Assembly: GCA_964016885.1 (NCBI GenBank)
Contig: OZ024740.1
Location: 146,196,001-146,260,000 of the forward strand
Source of the DNA: Eledone cirrhosa
Lineage: Eukaryota
Reading direction: 5' to 3'
DNA: 64,000 nucleotides
Shown in pieces: positions 48,530 through 61,219 of this stretch; within the stretch, counting starts at the first letter, position 1; each line of letters begins with the position of its first letter. Position numbers and translations under genes: made by a program. The notes under the pieces are model-generated. The model made no database searches. It was given only the letters and a program-made list of their open reading frames with translations, and had not been told where the DNA came from.

Positions 48530-50373
48530 CTGCAAAGAGAAACATATTAGAATAAGTAAATATCCATATAGCCCGTATCACATCTTTTAGAAATGCCCAA
48601 GTACTTTTAATTGACACAAAATATCCATAAATATGTTATAAATTTCCAAGTGAAAATTAATCATCTTCAAGGAATCATTAAACACACCACCTCTAAATAG
48701 TTTTCCAAAACCTGAAGATTAATACCCACAATATCAATTGCTGCAAGAAAATGATAAAACATTTGAACAAAAAGTATTCAGACATTGTCATTTTTACGTC
48801 TTTTTCCATGTTTGCATGAGTTAGGACAAGACTTTTGAAGCTGGTTTTCTAACGATGAATGCCCTTCTTGGTGCGAACCTATAACGTATTCTTTAAGTAT
48901 AGGATATATCTTGCAAAACTGCTATGCTGAAAGATATATCAGTCAATATCACTGCTGGCATTTATAAGCATTGTTAATGTTGTGCAGAAACTGGTATATA
49001 CTCCTCACCAATATCATTATCATCACCACCACCAGTTAATGTTTTATTTTCCATGCTTGCATGGGTCAGACGGGTCATCCTCGTTACAAGGCGAGGCAAG
49101 GCAAGCCTGGCCAATTGGCCACACCGAGCCTAGCTCAAGTAGGACTACAGTTTGGTTGTTTTTTTTTACAGCTGGATGCCCTTCCTAACACCAACCACCT
49201 TTACATTGCAGAACTGGGTGGATCCGTATTTGCAAGCTGTGTGGATTTAATCTTTCATACTTAGAATAAATAATGCTTATATTTTGGTAATATAATTACA
49301 TGACAATGAGAGCTCATCCTGGATAAGCTGATTCTTATTGATGGTAGAACTGGAGGGGGGGCAGCAGATAATAAAAGTGGTAGAATGTTGGATTGAAAGG
49401 ATGAAGATGAGAAGTGCATTCTGCTATCATCATCGTTTTATATTCACTTTTCTATGCTGGCATGGGTTGAATGGGATGTTTTGAGATAATGTTTTATAGC
49501 CAGATACCCTTCCTGATGCTAACGCTTTTAGTTGCCTCTCATGACATGCAGGGATACAGTGTATCTATTCTAAAAACCGGGATGTACAAGATATTTGTGG
49601 TGATTTGTTAGGAAAGACCATCAACTAGTTAATAAACCATTAGGAGATGATAAAGTTAATAGAATGAAAACTGCATTTCATACAAATGGATAAAATATAA
49701 CTAACAAGGAAGATTCCACTATATTATATTTTCAGGTATGTATCCCAGTTTTTAGATTAGGTTTACTGTATCCCTGCATGTTGTTAGAATATTACATCAC
49801 AAATTCACTTTATTTCCATAATTTCCAATTTACATCTCAATTATTTCAAACCCTGAACCACATGAAACCACATTAGCAAGACATTCTTGAAAAGTATAAA
49901 ACAGGACTATGACTACATCAGATTAAAAATTAAAGTCATTGCTCTAATACTGCAAATTTTCACAGCAATTTGTCCACTAGTAAAGATACTATAAACATTT
50001 GAATTAACAAATCTGTTTTTAGACATTTTCTTCTAAATCATTACAGGATGTTAAAGTTAACACAACATAGCTGTCTTCAGTTACTTTACTAGGTGTAGGT
50101 AATCACAAGAAACAAAGGTTCTTGTGTCATTAACCAGAGTTTTATTTTTACCATTGCTAAAACTGCAATAAAGATATTTTTATTATTCATTGCCAAGAAA
50201 TATCCATGCTAAGTAATTGTTGCTTCCACGTAAACATCAAATATTATCTACAATGAAGAATTGCTTTCATTATCTGGGATATGAAATTTCCTTCAATTAC
50301 TGGCATCTTGCCACATAATTGACAAATCATTTCTTATTGAAAATTTTCACCATCTTGTTTATTATTATGCTCG

Positions 50374-50404
<31 letters not shown>

Positions 50405-51034
50405 TCTGCTAAGAGAATGAAGCCAACCCTTTTCATTAAACTCTTTTTATTACCTAGTCCCTGTTCATTTTTGTTCAAACTGCATTTCTACCCTTAAGCT
50501 CAATATCAAACATTATTTGCAAGCCTTCTTTTGGAGTGGAACAAGTTTCTGAAACATTATTCCAATTACTATATTAACTCCAACCTTTCTGAGAAGGTTC
50601 AAAGGTAAATTGGCAATAGTATTCCTTCTCAGATACTAAGATTTCTTCTTAAATTATCTATTTTCGATAGGTCAATTTCCTTGGTTAGTGCATTAATCTT
50701 TTCATTACCATATTTCCTCTGAATTCCTGCCTATAATTTTCAAATAATTTTGAAAATTCATAAAATGTTTTAAAGATTTAATTTAGTAAAATATTTTTTT
50801 ATTTTTTAAGCTGATGTTTGAAACATTACATTACATAAATGTTCTTATATAAAATTACGATGGAATGTTTTTTAGACAAATATAAAACAAACTGCTTTGT
50901 ATCCTAGAACCAGGGGCAGTTTCAGACATTTTGGTATCAAACAGATTAAACAAGTAATCATAAAATATTTTGAAAGACATGTGGATTTGAATTCTCAATG
51001 TAAATATATATATGATAATGTTTAAATTACATAC

Positions 51035-51121
51035 CAGAGAGGCAAGAATTGATCCACCAATCCAGCTGCTAAACCGCCTTTCCACAGTTCCTGTGGCAGC
51101 TATTATTTTTAATCTCATGCT
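51035..51121 (-). CDS. ACTL6: ACTL6 penultimate coding exon: [29 protein letters not shown]
   Basis: tttttacag acceptor and gtatgt donor. 87 nt, phase 0. [16 protein letters not shown] motif. No further upstream exon was recognised in the window. Confidence 0.95.
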
Positions 51122-52783
51122 CTGTAAAAATAGTAATGGCAAAAAAGGTTTCTCAATAAATAATGTAAAACAATAACAACAATGACAATAAAGACTATAG
51201 ACTAACAAAATGTTCAACTACAGTTACATTTGATTATCACTATAAACATGACAGAGTAATTGGCAAAAAAACAAGAAGTTGATGCTGTAAAACAAAGTAT
51301 GATATAAGGATTTCTTCTTCTTTAGTTCCTTTTGCCGCCTATTGCACATTGGACAACTTTCACCATTTCTGTAGCTATTTTGATTCATAGGGGTAAGGTT
51401 GCGAGCACAACCCGAAAACCAGCCTAACATTTCAAAGTCAGAGGAGGGAGATTAACCCTAGGTGAGCCAGTAATTCAAATCACTTCACTCTATTTTCAAA
51501 GAAACATTAGATAACACTCCAGTATTGAAATAATGTTTCTTTAAATTGTTTCATTCTACTTTCAAAGATAGTATTTAGCGGTACATCTAGTTCTGAAATA
51601 ATATTTTTTTAAATCCTGGATAATGATATGTCAAGTATAAAAATAATATTTCTTCAAATCATTTCTCTTTTCTTTGGACCTGTAATTCTTGATGGAATTG
51701 TAGGGGTGTCATAGCAGTGTATGTCGTAACTTGGATATTTTTAAAGCTTGGCAGAACAGATCTGCACTTCAGATCTGAAAATAGCCTATTTATTCAAGAG
51801 AAGTGGAGAGAATGGTAGGGGGGAAGTGAGAAACAGATATAGAAGAATATTTGACCCAAATACTGAATTGGTACTTTTTTTATCAACTTCGAAAGGATGA
51901 AAGCCAAAGTTGACTTTGGTGGGTTTTAAAGTGAGAGTGCAGAGAGCCAGAATGACTACCAGAAAGTATTTTATTTGACATTCTAATAACTGCCCATTTG
52001 TCACCTACTATGAATAGATAGTAAAGCATAATTATGATAAGTTGCATAGCCTAATTAGGATTATATTAACAATGATGATTTTTTTTCAATCATACAGCCA
52101 CCAGAAACTTGTATTAACATTAATACAAGCTTGGAAGAATGAAAGATGAAGCCAGTGCTGGGGAACTTAATCACAAAACAGACAGACAAAGCTGAAAACT
52201 GTAATGCATGTCCAGAGTTCTGAACTAAATATAAAACAAAAAAAAAAACAATAATTAGAATAAGCATACTGATTATTTCAGTAATTTTAATGTAATAAAT
52301 TAGAAATGAATGAAGGACATGATTTAGAACATACCGTGTGTATGTGTGTATGTGTATATATATATACATACACACATACATATATATATATCTTGTTATC
52401 ATAATCTTATGTCCATTTTCCATGCTGGCATGAGTTGGATGAGTTGTCACAATCTAACCACATCAAGCTCAAATGTTCTATATTTTGGCATGGTTTCTAC
52501 AACTGGATGCCCTTTCTAATGCCAACTACTTTACAGAGTCTACTGGCATCAGCACTACTACTTTACAGAGTGGGCTGGGTGCACTACCAGTTTACATAGT
52601 GTATTGTGTGCATTTATTATAGCACCTACACTCAACTGATATATTTCATTCCCTTGCCCACAAGCAGCTAGATACTTCAATGCAATTTATTTTGTACCAG
52701 GATTACACTTCTTTTTCAAACCATTATTTCACGCCAACCATCATTGTAAGTTAGTGGATATGCTCCTCTTACTGAAAAGCTAA

Positions 52784-53011
52784 TTAACCCTTTAGCATTT
52801 AAACCGGCCATATCCGGTCAGAATTCTCTCACCTTTTTTGGTTCAAATTGGCCATAATTGCCCCTCATACCAACTTTAAGGTATTGTTCTCAAAATAAAT
52901 GATATCAAAATCTCATAAATTCGATATTATATGAGATAATTATGTAAAGTAAACCCTTTACTGTGAAAATCCAATAGTATATATAGGGTAATGTAAATGC
53001 TAAAGGGTTAA
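52784..53011 (+). mobile_element. Intact piggyBac-type MITE
   Basis: TTAA TSDs and perfect TIR CCCTTTAGCATTTA/TAAATGCTAAAGGG. Confidence 0.85.
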
Positions 53012-53029
53012 GGAGGTAAGTACAATGTT

Positions 53030-54470
53030 TATTGTAAAAGCAGGAGATACAGTCAGCATATTTTCCCCCAAAGAGAGTGGCTGTACATATCTATACCTAC
53101 TTCCTATTGACACAACTGTATAAAAAATACTTAGCAATGAATAGGCCACTGTATATAGAATTTCTTGACCTGGAGAAGACCTTTGTTATGGTTCCATATT
53201 CTATAATCTGGTGGTCACTAAAGAAACTGGTGGTAGATGAATAGCTTATATGAGCCATGCAAGCCATATACAGAGGTGCAGTCAGCAAAGTGAGAGTTAG
53301 CAATGAGTACAGCAACAAATTTAGTGTCCAGCAAGGCTCAATTCACAACCCACTTCTGTTTATCATAGCTCTCTAGGCTATAAAAGAGAACTTTAAGATC
53401 AGCTGTCCATGAACATTTCTGTATGCTTATGACCTAACTGAATCTGCAGTAGATTTAGAAAAAATTCCAGATATGAAAACAAAAGCTAAATAAGAAAGAA
53501 AACAGGACAATGACACAACCCAGAGATATTGAAACTTCTCCACCTGCTTCAGGGGATCTCCGCCCAAATGCAGAGGGCACGGTACAGGTTTGCTTGAGAA
53601 ATGAGTGTCAGTCTTTGCAGCAGTGATTTACATTCCTGCTGTGCAGCACTTGGCAGCAAACCTACCCAGTGCATGGATAATTGGAGATAACCTTCTCACA
53701 AGGTAAATAATACGATACTATCTGAAAATTCCAGCTGACTGATCTTATACCCTCTATTCTTGATACAATTTCCAACCAATCCTATTCATGGAGATTATGA
53801 ACAGGAGAGGTGACAATACACACCCTTCGTGGAGCCCAACACCCACATTGAATGCTTTCAACAGCACCATTAATCCAAACACAAATACTAGGGCATTCAT
53901 AGAAGGACTTCAAAGCAACAAGAAGCTGTCCATTGATCCCATACTCCTCCAGAACCTTCCACAAGTCTTATACAATGTGGTTGTATGCTTTTGAGGTCTA
54001 CCAAACAAACATATACCTCTGAGTAATACTCCCACGATTTCTCAAAGACCTGTCAGTGTAATTATTTGGTTGGTTATGTTGCCTCCGGGGCAGAAACCAC
54101 ACTGTTCATCAGCTAGCAGGTGGTGAAACAATTCTAAACTAAAGATGTACAAGTGATATAGTAGGATCACAGGAAGGCTACTGCACAGGTAGCCACATAA
54201 AACACATAAAACACATTCTCTCAAATGTTTAGATGGCTCCCTGGAAGTACTTGACAGTGACCTAATTAGCAGTAGAGGAGAGGACTCCAAAAGCAAAGTG
54301 GCAGGAGTAAGAACAGACTGGAAATGGTTTAGAGAGTTAAGGGTTTCTCATTCAGTGTAAAGGGCAGATTGTATGATCATTGTGTACAAAGTGCAATGCT
54401 GCAAAGTAATGATACATATGTCTTGAATATCAAGGATTTAGGAAGACTAGTAAAAAAAATGAAGCAAGCA
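53030..54470. mobile_element. Decayed RTE (+; ~53030-53520 and ~54130-54470) with a different RTE fragment on - (~53520-54115) between them
   Basis: Plus strand: KYLAMNRPLYIEFLDLEKTF. Minus strand: LWKVLEEYGINGQLL and DEQCGFCPG. Confidence 0.7.
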
Positions 54471-54514
54471 TGGCCCACTGGGTGTTTTTTATCATGGCAC
54501 AAGCATAATAATAA

Positions 54515-54812
54515 TAATCATCATCATCATCATCATCACCGTTTTACGTCCGTTCTTCCACGCTAGCATGGGTTAGACGGGTTGTCCTGTTGTGGACAGT
54601 GTCTGGTCGGCTGACCATGCCTTGCTCATACAGGAACTGATCTGGCTTGATTTCTACAGCTGGATGCCCTTCCTAACACCAACCTCATTTACAGTGAGTG
54701 CTGGGTGCTTTTTCGTGGCGCCTACACGTCCACTTTACAGTGTGGGCTGGGTGCTTTTTTGCCGTGGCACCTCCACGACCACCTTGCGGTGGGGGGGGAG
54801 GGGGGGGGCATA
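54515..54812 (-). mobile_element. RTE 3'UTR fragment
   Basis: Near-identical to ~61225-61525. Confidence 0.85.
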
Positions 54813-54824
54813 TAATAATAATAA

Positions 54825-55370
54825 TAATGATGATGAAATTATTGTGTACAGTGCTCAGGTGCAGTACAACTCGTCAAAGGTGCATGTACATAGAATAATA
54901 TACAAATGTCAGGGAAGTGAATAGTGTATGAGTCATGATATACATGTGTCCGTGTGTATGGAGGGGGAATATTAAGTGTAGCGTTGGCGAATCTCAGGAA
55001 GCATGGAGGTTTTAAAGGATGCAGTGTCTCGACAGTTAATAACTGATGTAGGTAGTTTGTTCCATGCTTCAGCAACTCTGAGCGTGAATAAATGTTTCCA
55101 AAAGTCATGAGAGCTGTACTGTTTTCTGACTTTGTAGGCATGCCCACGTGTGTTAGACACAGGGAAATCTAAAAGGTACTCAGGGTTGTTGTTGGCAAGA
55201 GGGTTAATAATTTTGTGGGTGTTTACCAAGTCAGTTGCCAGACATTGGAGCTTCAATGTATCCATGCCCAGGCAAGCAAGGCGTTCAGAGTATGGTTGAT
55301 GCCTGATGGAGGGTATTCGCTTGGTTGCAGATCTCTGAACAGTTTCCAGGTGGTCAATGTTCTGAGCATA
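54825..55370 (-). mobile_element. CR1-clade LINE 3' end
   Basis: TRGHAYKVRK...FTLRVAEAWNKLP, the C-terminal signature of CR1. Confidence 0.85.
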
Positions 55371-57627
55371 TCACCTTATAGAGTGGTCTGGGTGCTTTTT
55401 TCGTGACACCTGCACTACAACCTTACAGGGTGGACAGGGGGGCTTTTATCATGGCACCAACACTATTACCTTAGAGGGTGGTCTGGGTGCATTATATCAT
55501 GGCACCAGCATGACCACTTTACAGAGTGGACTAGGTGCATTATATTGTGACAATATCGATACAGTAGCTGTTTCAGTAAGAAGCTCAATAAATTAGCAAG
55601 ACTAGATAGGGAACTAAGAAATTTAATGATTGAAAGCCAACACAAAAAGATTATCATTACTATATTGTAGGAATCTTTTGTGGCTACCAAATTATAAAAT
55701 ATTTCCTGTATGACTACAAAAATTACCTATATTCATTATCATCACCACATGTTTTTTTCAGGTTGGAGACTGTTTTGCAGCAATGTTTTTCTATGGCTGG
55801 ATGCTTGTCCTGTGGTCAGCTGATATTTCATTATTTTTAAGTATGGTATATATTGCTGAGACCAGAAGAGGAGATGGGCTCCACCAGGTTTTAAAATGCC
55901 CTATAAATGCTGTATGTCAACACGTTGCCCCTACAACTCCCTCGGGAGTTACGGGACCATGCAGGCATGTATTCAATCACTAAGCTGCAAGTCATATTGT
56001 TTTGTTTTTTTAGGGACATAAATATCATTGCTTGCAATTTTAAAAAAGGTCTCAATACGGAGATACATGCAACAATTGACATACATACTAAACTACAGCC
56101 ATCACTTGAAATTGAGTATGACTTGGTAGTATGTACCATCCTTTTGTTAAGACTTTTAGGTACCCATGCAATTGCAACAGATACTGATACCCTCTCAGCT
56201 CTCCATCCTTGATCCAGCAGAACATCCAGGATGTGACAGCTGAAAGGAGAGAGGGCTGTACCAGCACTGGACTGGTTCTTTCTTTATCAACCTTGAATGG
56301 ATGAAAGGCAAAGTGAACCATGGCAGGATTTTAACTCAGACTGTAGAGAGCTGGAACAAATATCCAATGCTCCAATGCCCCTATCAGATCAACCACTACA
56401 CATACACTCTGCCAAAGTTACTCATAAGGCATTGCTTGCCTACAGTTCCACGCAGTGAACCTCTTAACCACACAACAATGCCTGCACCCTGTAAAAACCA
56501 AAATGAAACTAATAAAACTGGCTAAACAACATGAAGAAAACAAACTAGTTCTGTTTTCAGTAAGGCCAACAAACAAAACAGCTGTGAAAAAGATAAGGAA
56601 ACAATAACTTAAGTAAATATGGAACCACAAAGCCATGATAAAACATTGGCAAAGAAAAATTTTAAATGGCCAATAAACCTAGGCAAAGCAAAGGTGGATA
56701 AAAAAAGAAATCAGCACTGCTAGAAGCCCAAGACTCAAGCTGTGACCAAAGGGTTTCTAATTGCAGTACAACCTATCCAAAGTCTCCTTAATAGAAGATA
56801 TTGAAAATATATAAGGAAAACATCATCATCATTTAACATCCCTTTTCCTGATTGGCAAGGATTGGCTGGGCTGTCACAGACCAAGTTAGTACTTACTCTG
56901 CTTATCGTTTACATAATTTTCCACATTCTACAGACTGTAGTCAGTGAATACAAAGCAATATAAAATATAACTGTTGAACATGCAAGTAGCACTCCATGAT
57001 GACCTCGGCTATGGTAGCTAAAACAAGCTAAAGAACTTTTAAAAAAAACTGTCAAGAAACCAACACATTATTTCTGGTTGTCAAAAAAACAGTGATAGCA
57101 TTAAGGAATATGCACAGAAAAGAAATCATAGCAATAAACCTTTCGTAATGGTTACAGAGAATGCCCAGATTCAAGGATAAACCTATTCACAAAACCTAAG
57201 AATGTATACACACAACATACAAGAAAATATGTCTACTTCCATAAGTCCTATTGCAAAATATATACAATGAAACAAATATGGCAGCAACTATCACTTCAAA
57301 GCCCCAACTCTATGCTTGAGTTGGCTTTTAACTTTCTATGGTAAACTATTTTAAGATAACACCAAACTAAGCACATGCAGTAATACTGTAAATATAATCT
57401 GACTAAAAATTGCAAAATGTAATACTGTGTAACCTACTAACACTGTTTAGTCAAAGTTGCAAAGTTTCGATGTTGTTTGGCAAGTAGAAACTATATGTCC
57501 ACTATTAACTTCAGTTGATCTGCATAAATGATTCTAAATCTGTTTTATCAACACTGACAAGAATGATCAGTGGTATATTGTGGATAGTAAAATTATATAC
57601 AGAACATTGAACATTATAAGACAATTG

Positions 57628-57799
57628 GCAGTATCAGTAGAGAGTCGGACGCCATGCTTTCCAGCATAGTTACGACCCATTACGATCTGAGTTCAAATCC
57701 CGCCGAGGTTAACTTTGCCTTTCATCCTTACAGGGTCGATAAAATAAAGTACCAGTAATGTACTGAGTAATTGCTGGCCTTGTGCCAAATGTAGAAACA
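57628..57799 (+). mobile_element. Nin/Deu-like SINE with 15-bp TSD
   Basis: B box GTTCAAATCC and the domain GCCTTTCATCCTTACAGGGTCGATAAAATAAAGTACC. TSD ATTATAAGACAATTG at 57613-57627 and 57800-57814. Confidence 0.85.
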
Positions 57800-58324
57800 A
57801 TTATAAGACAATTGTGAATATCATTTTATAATGGTCCCTAATGCCTATTAATTTGTAAAAATTATCAATTATAAATATTTAGGTTTGAAAGACAAATGTG
57901 TCATGTATGAAGACTTTGGTCAATATAATTGTCTAATATTTCTTAATCATTTTGAAAATAAAGAATTTAGTAATATAACTTAGTGGTAAGAAACTCTCAG
58001 GAGAGCTGGGCAGCAGCAGGTCTTCAGAGAAGAAACTCCCCTCAAGCAAGTGTTTCAGCCCTTAACTTCTTGTTTAAAATATGACTTAACAAAGGTTCTT
58101 ACATAAAATTACTATTAGGTTTCACTATAAATTTTTGAAAATATTTACCTCTAACTTCTATTGTACTTTTTCTTGGAGATCATCCAAAAAGAAACATTTT
58201 GATACCCCATTTGTGAAACTAGGATGAATAGTTTAGGAAATACAACAATTTCGATGGTGAGTGAATTGGTCAAAATCTTGCCTAATTAGGCCTAAATGAA
58301 TAATTAATTATATTTGTGATGTAT

Positions 58325-58667
58325 GGAGGAGGTACATGGCTTAGTGGTTAGAGCATTGGCCTTGCAATCGAAAGGTTGTGAGTTCAATTCTCAGAACGGG
58401 TGATGTGTTGTTTCCTTGAGCAAGACACTTTATTTCACATTGCTCCAGTTTACTCAGCTGTAGAAATGAGATGATAGGGACTGGGGTCCATATCATTCCA
58501 CTGCAAAGTGGTCGTGGAGGTGCCACGACAAAAAAGCACCCAGCACTCACTGTAAATGAGGTTGGTGTTAGGAAGGGCATCCAGCTGTAGAAATCAAGCC
58601 AAAATCAGTTCCCGTCCCACCCTTGCAAGCAGGGAAAAAGCGGACGTAAAATGAAATGATGATGATG
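58325..58667 (+). mobile_element. tRNA-derived SINE 5' part followed by RTE 3' tail
   Basis: TGGCTTAGTGG and GTTCAATTC boxes and a CORE-like segment, then the RTE 3'UTR ending in (GAT)n. Confidence 0.75.
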
Positions 58668-61219
58668 TCATATCTTTGAAATTGAGGTGATTACCATCTT
58701 CAAATTACACAAATTAATAGTATCCATGGGATAGCAGCTGCCTATTGTTTTTTCAGGTTCTTGAAAATGAAACTTTTTGGGGGGTCAATTTCTTAAATAT
58801 TCATGTAAAGCCTATTTTGTTGCATGTAACAAACAGTTGTTTTTGCAGTGCAAGAATAAGCTTCTCATGTGTTTTCAGACCTAGTGAAATCCCAAAGTAC
58901 AAGCCACAGAAACTTGATGTTTGGCACATTTGTAGAACTAAATAGTGAGATTTTGGGACATGATACCATTTCAATAAAATTTTAATGGACTATTAAAAAT
59001 GGCTATAAACAATTAAATTAGTGATTAAAGGCCTGTTGCAAGTTTTTCATGCATTTTCAAACAAGGTTATATTGTGATATTTTATGTGGAGGGAGCTCAG
59101 TTTTGATACACTGGTATGGAGTATAAAATTGAATCCTTTCTGTAAGTTTGGAGTTTTAATAGGTATCCCTGTAGAGCTCCATGGAAGGGGCTGACACACA
59201 CACTTTACACGATCATTACATGTCAAAATATATTTTTTCTGTGGACAATTATATATCATTTGAAAGTTCTGGGTGCGAACTTTCTTCTCATATATTTTTG
59301 AACAACATCCGACTCTTACATATCATGCCAGGTCTCGAATTCAATACAGGCATTGCAGAGGCGTAAAAGTTAACCAAAATGTTACAAGGTATTAATGATA
59401 TTTATCAATAAAATTATTTAATTTTATTTAATTATTAATGAAACTTTTTCAGAATTGCATGTAGACCTAGATTAAAAAAAACAACAAAGCATGAAAACTA
59501 ATTCCTGTAAGCCAACCTGTTACAAGGAGAGGGAGAAATTAAAAACGAATTGGCACTACTTCTGGAAATGTAAACACTACCAGAAATTATCCGATTGTAT
59601 TCAAAATAAAAAATTTTAAAAATCATAACAGACTTTAATAATCTACAAAATAATATTCATAGCACAATATAATTTTTATTAGTGAAATTTGACCAATATT
59701 TCTCAAACAAAAACAAAAATTCTGACCTCACTCTCCACATGTTAAAATAGTAAGAAGGAATAAACAAACATTCTCAATACAACGATTCCATGCTAATATT
59801 GGGCTCTAGAAGATTTATGTAGCTCAATTTAGTGCATTTTTTCATAGAAATATGTTTACTTAACAATTAGTTTGTCCATTTCTTGAAATTCTGGCTTAAA
59901 CTCAATATTTGAAGCCTTGGAATCGTGTTCCGTTTCAGCCCCTCCCCCAACTCGGGAATACACCATTTCAACAAGTAGCATCAATATGCATTACAAACAT
60001 CCATGGTATTCCTCTTTTCATTGACTTTGCGCTTTTGTGCCATCTCATGACCAGAATCAGCAATGGCCGTATTGAATTTGCGATAAATTGTTCTTTCTTA
60101 TGGTATAAAAATCTTGAGGAAAATATGTTCTTTATTAAAGCAAAAGAAGTCCTCTTTATGACTGTATCATTTTTAACACAAATCAAGTGCTCCAGGCACT
60201 GAACTAGAACTAGATTTACCGTTCAGCAGTCAAAAATGAAAGTGGGACAAAAGTTGTAAATGTGAGGAAATTTGAGGGTGATTGAAGGGATCTGGCATGA
60301 TGTGTTGGATTTTGATCAAAAGTATATGAGAAGAACTTTCAAATGATCATTTTCATGTCAAAATACATTTTTTTCGTGGACAATTATTAAGCAAAAAATG
60401 GATTTTTGTATAGTCAAACTGTGCTTGTCGCCTCTTCTTGGAGCTCTACTGATACCTATTACTATTGTAGAACCAAGGACAGTTTCAGTCAGTTTAGTGT
60501 CAAGAGGGTTAACAACCTAGGTTCAGCTGCCATTAGCATATTACAATAAATTCCTTTAGTAGTTCCTACAGCAGCTAAACCTTCTCCCTATGTTATGATG
60601 ACTCATCACTTCCCAGCCACAATGAACAATCACAACAGTACATACAAAAAACAGTTCTGCCCTTATTGCACAAGGATTCAAATTCTGCAAGCTGCAACAA
60701 AGACGTCTCCATTACTCAACAACCTGAGATGGTAGCTAAATGGCCTAATCTATATTGTGTCATTTACAACTGTCTTCCTCCACCTACATAATAGAAACAA
60801 CCTTTATACTTTCCTACCTTAGACAGCCTCTGTGAACATCCTTCATAATTATATACTCTCTCTACATCATGAAGAGATGTGGATTCTCAGCAATAGTAAA
60901 AAGGCAACCCAGCTACAAAGTTAGACACCCTAAACAAACCAAATAATATACAAAAAGAGTTCTACCATAATCACATGGAGCATATAGAAAGTGGAAAAGC
61001 CACAAGCTACATGAAATGTAACCCAACTAGAAGAGTAGTAACTAAACAAAAACTAATACAGCCAGTCACTATAGTGCTGGTGGCATCAGAAAATGTACTA
61101 AGTTCACGCTGTAAAATAGCTGGGGATATGAAGAGCATCCAGCCACAAAAACCATGTATCAGATGATGAAGGCCACAACACCTAGTGACACATTGGAAAA
61201 ACAGATATAAAATGATGAT

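Noticed and set aside
48449-51121. Conventional actin gene
   Set aside because: SMRLKII, ERRFSSW and CVERKCP match ACTL6/BAF53, not actin (ERKYSVW, IVHRKCF).
59905-59950. Minus-strand LKRNTIP resembling the THAP-domain AVP box
   Set aside because: No in-frame C2CH zinc ligands upstream.
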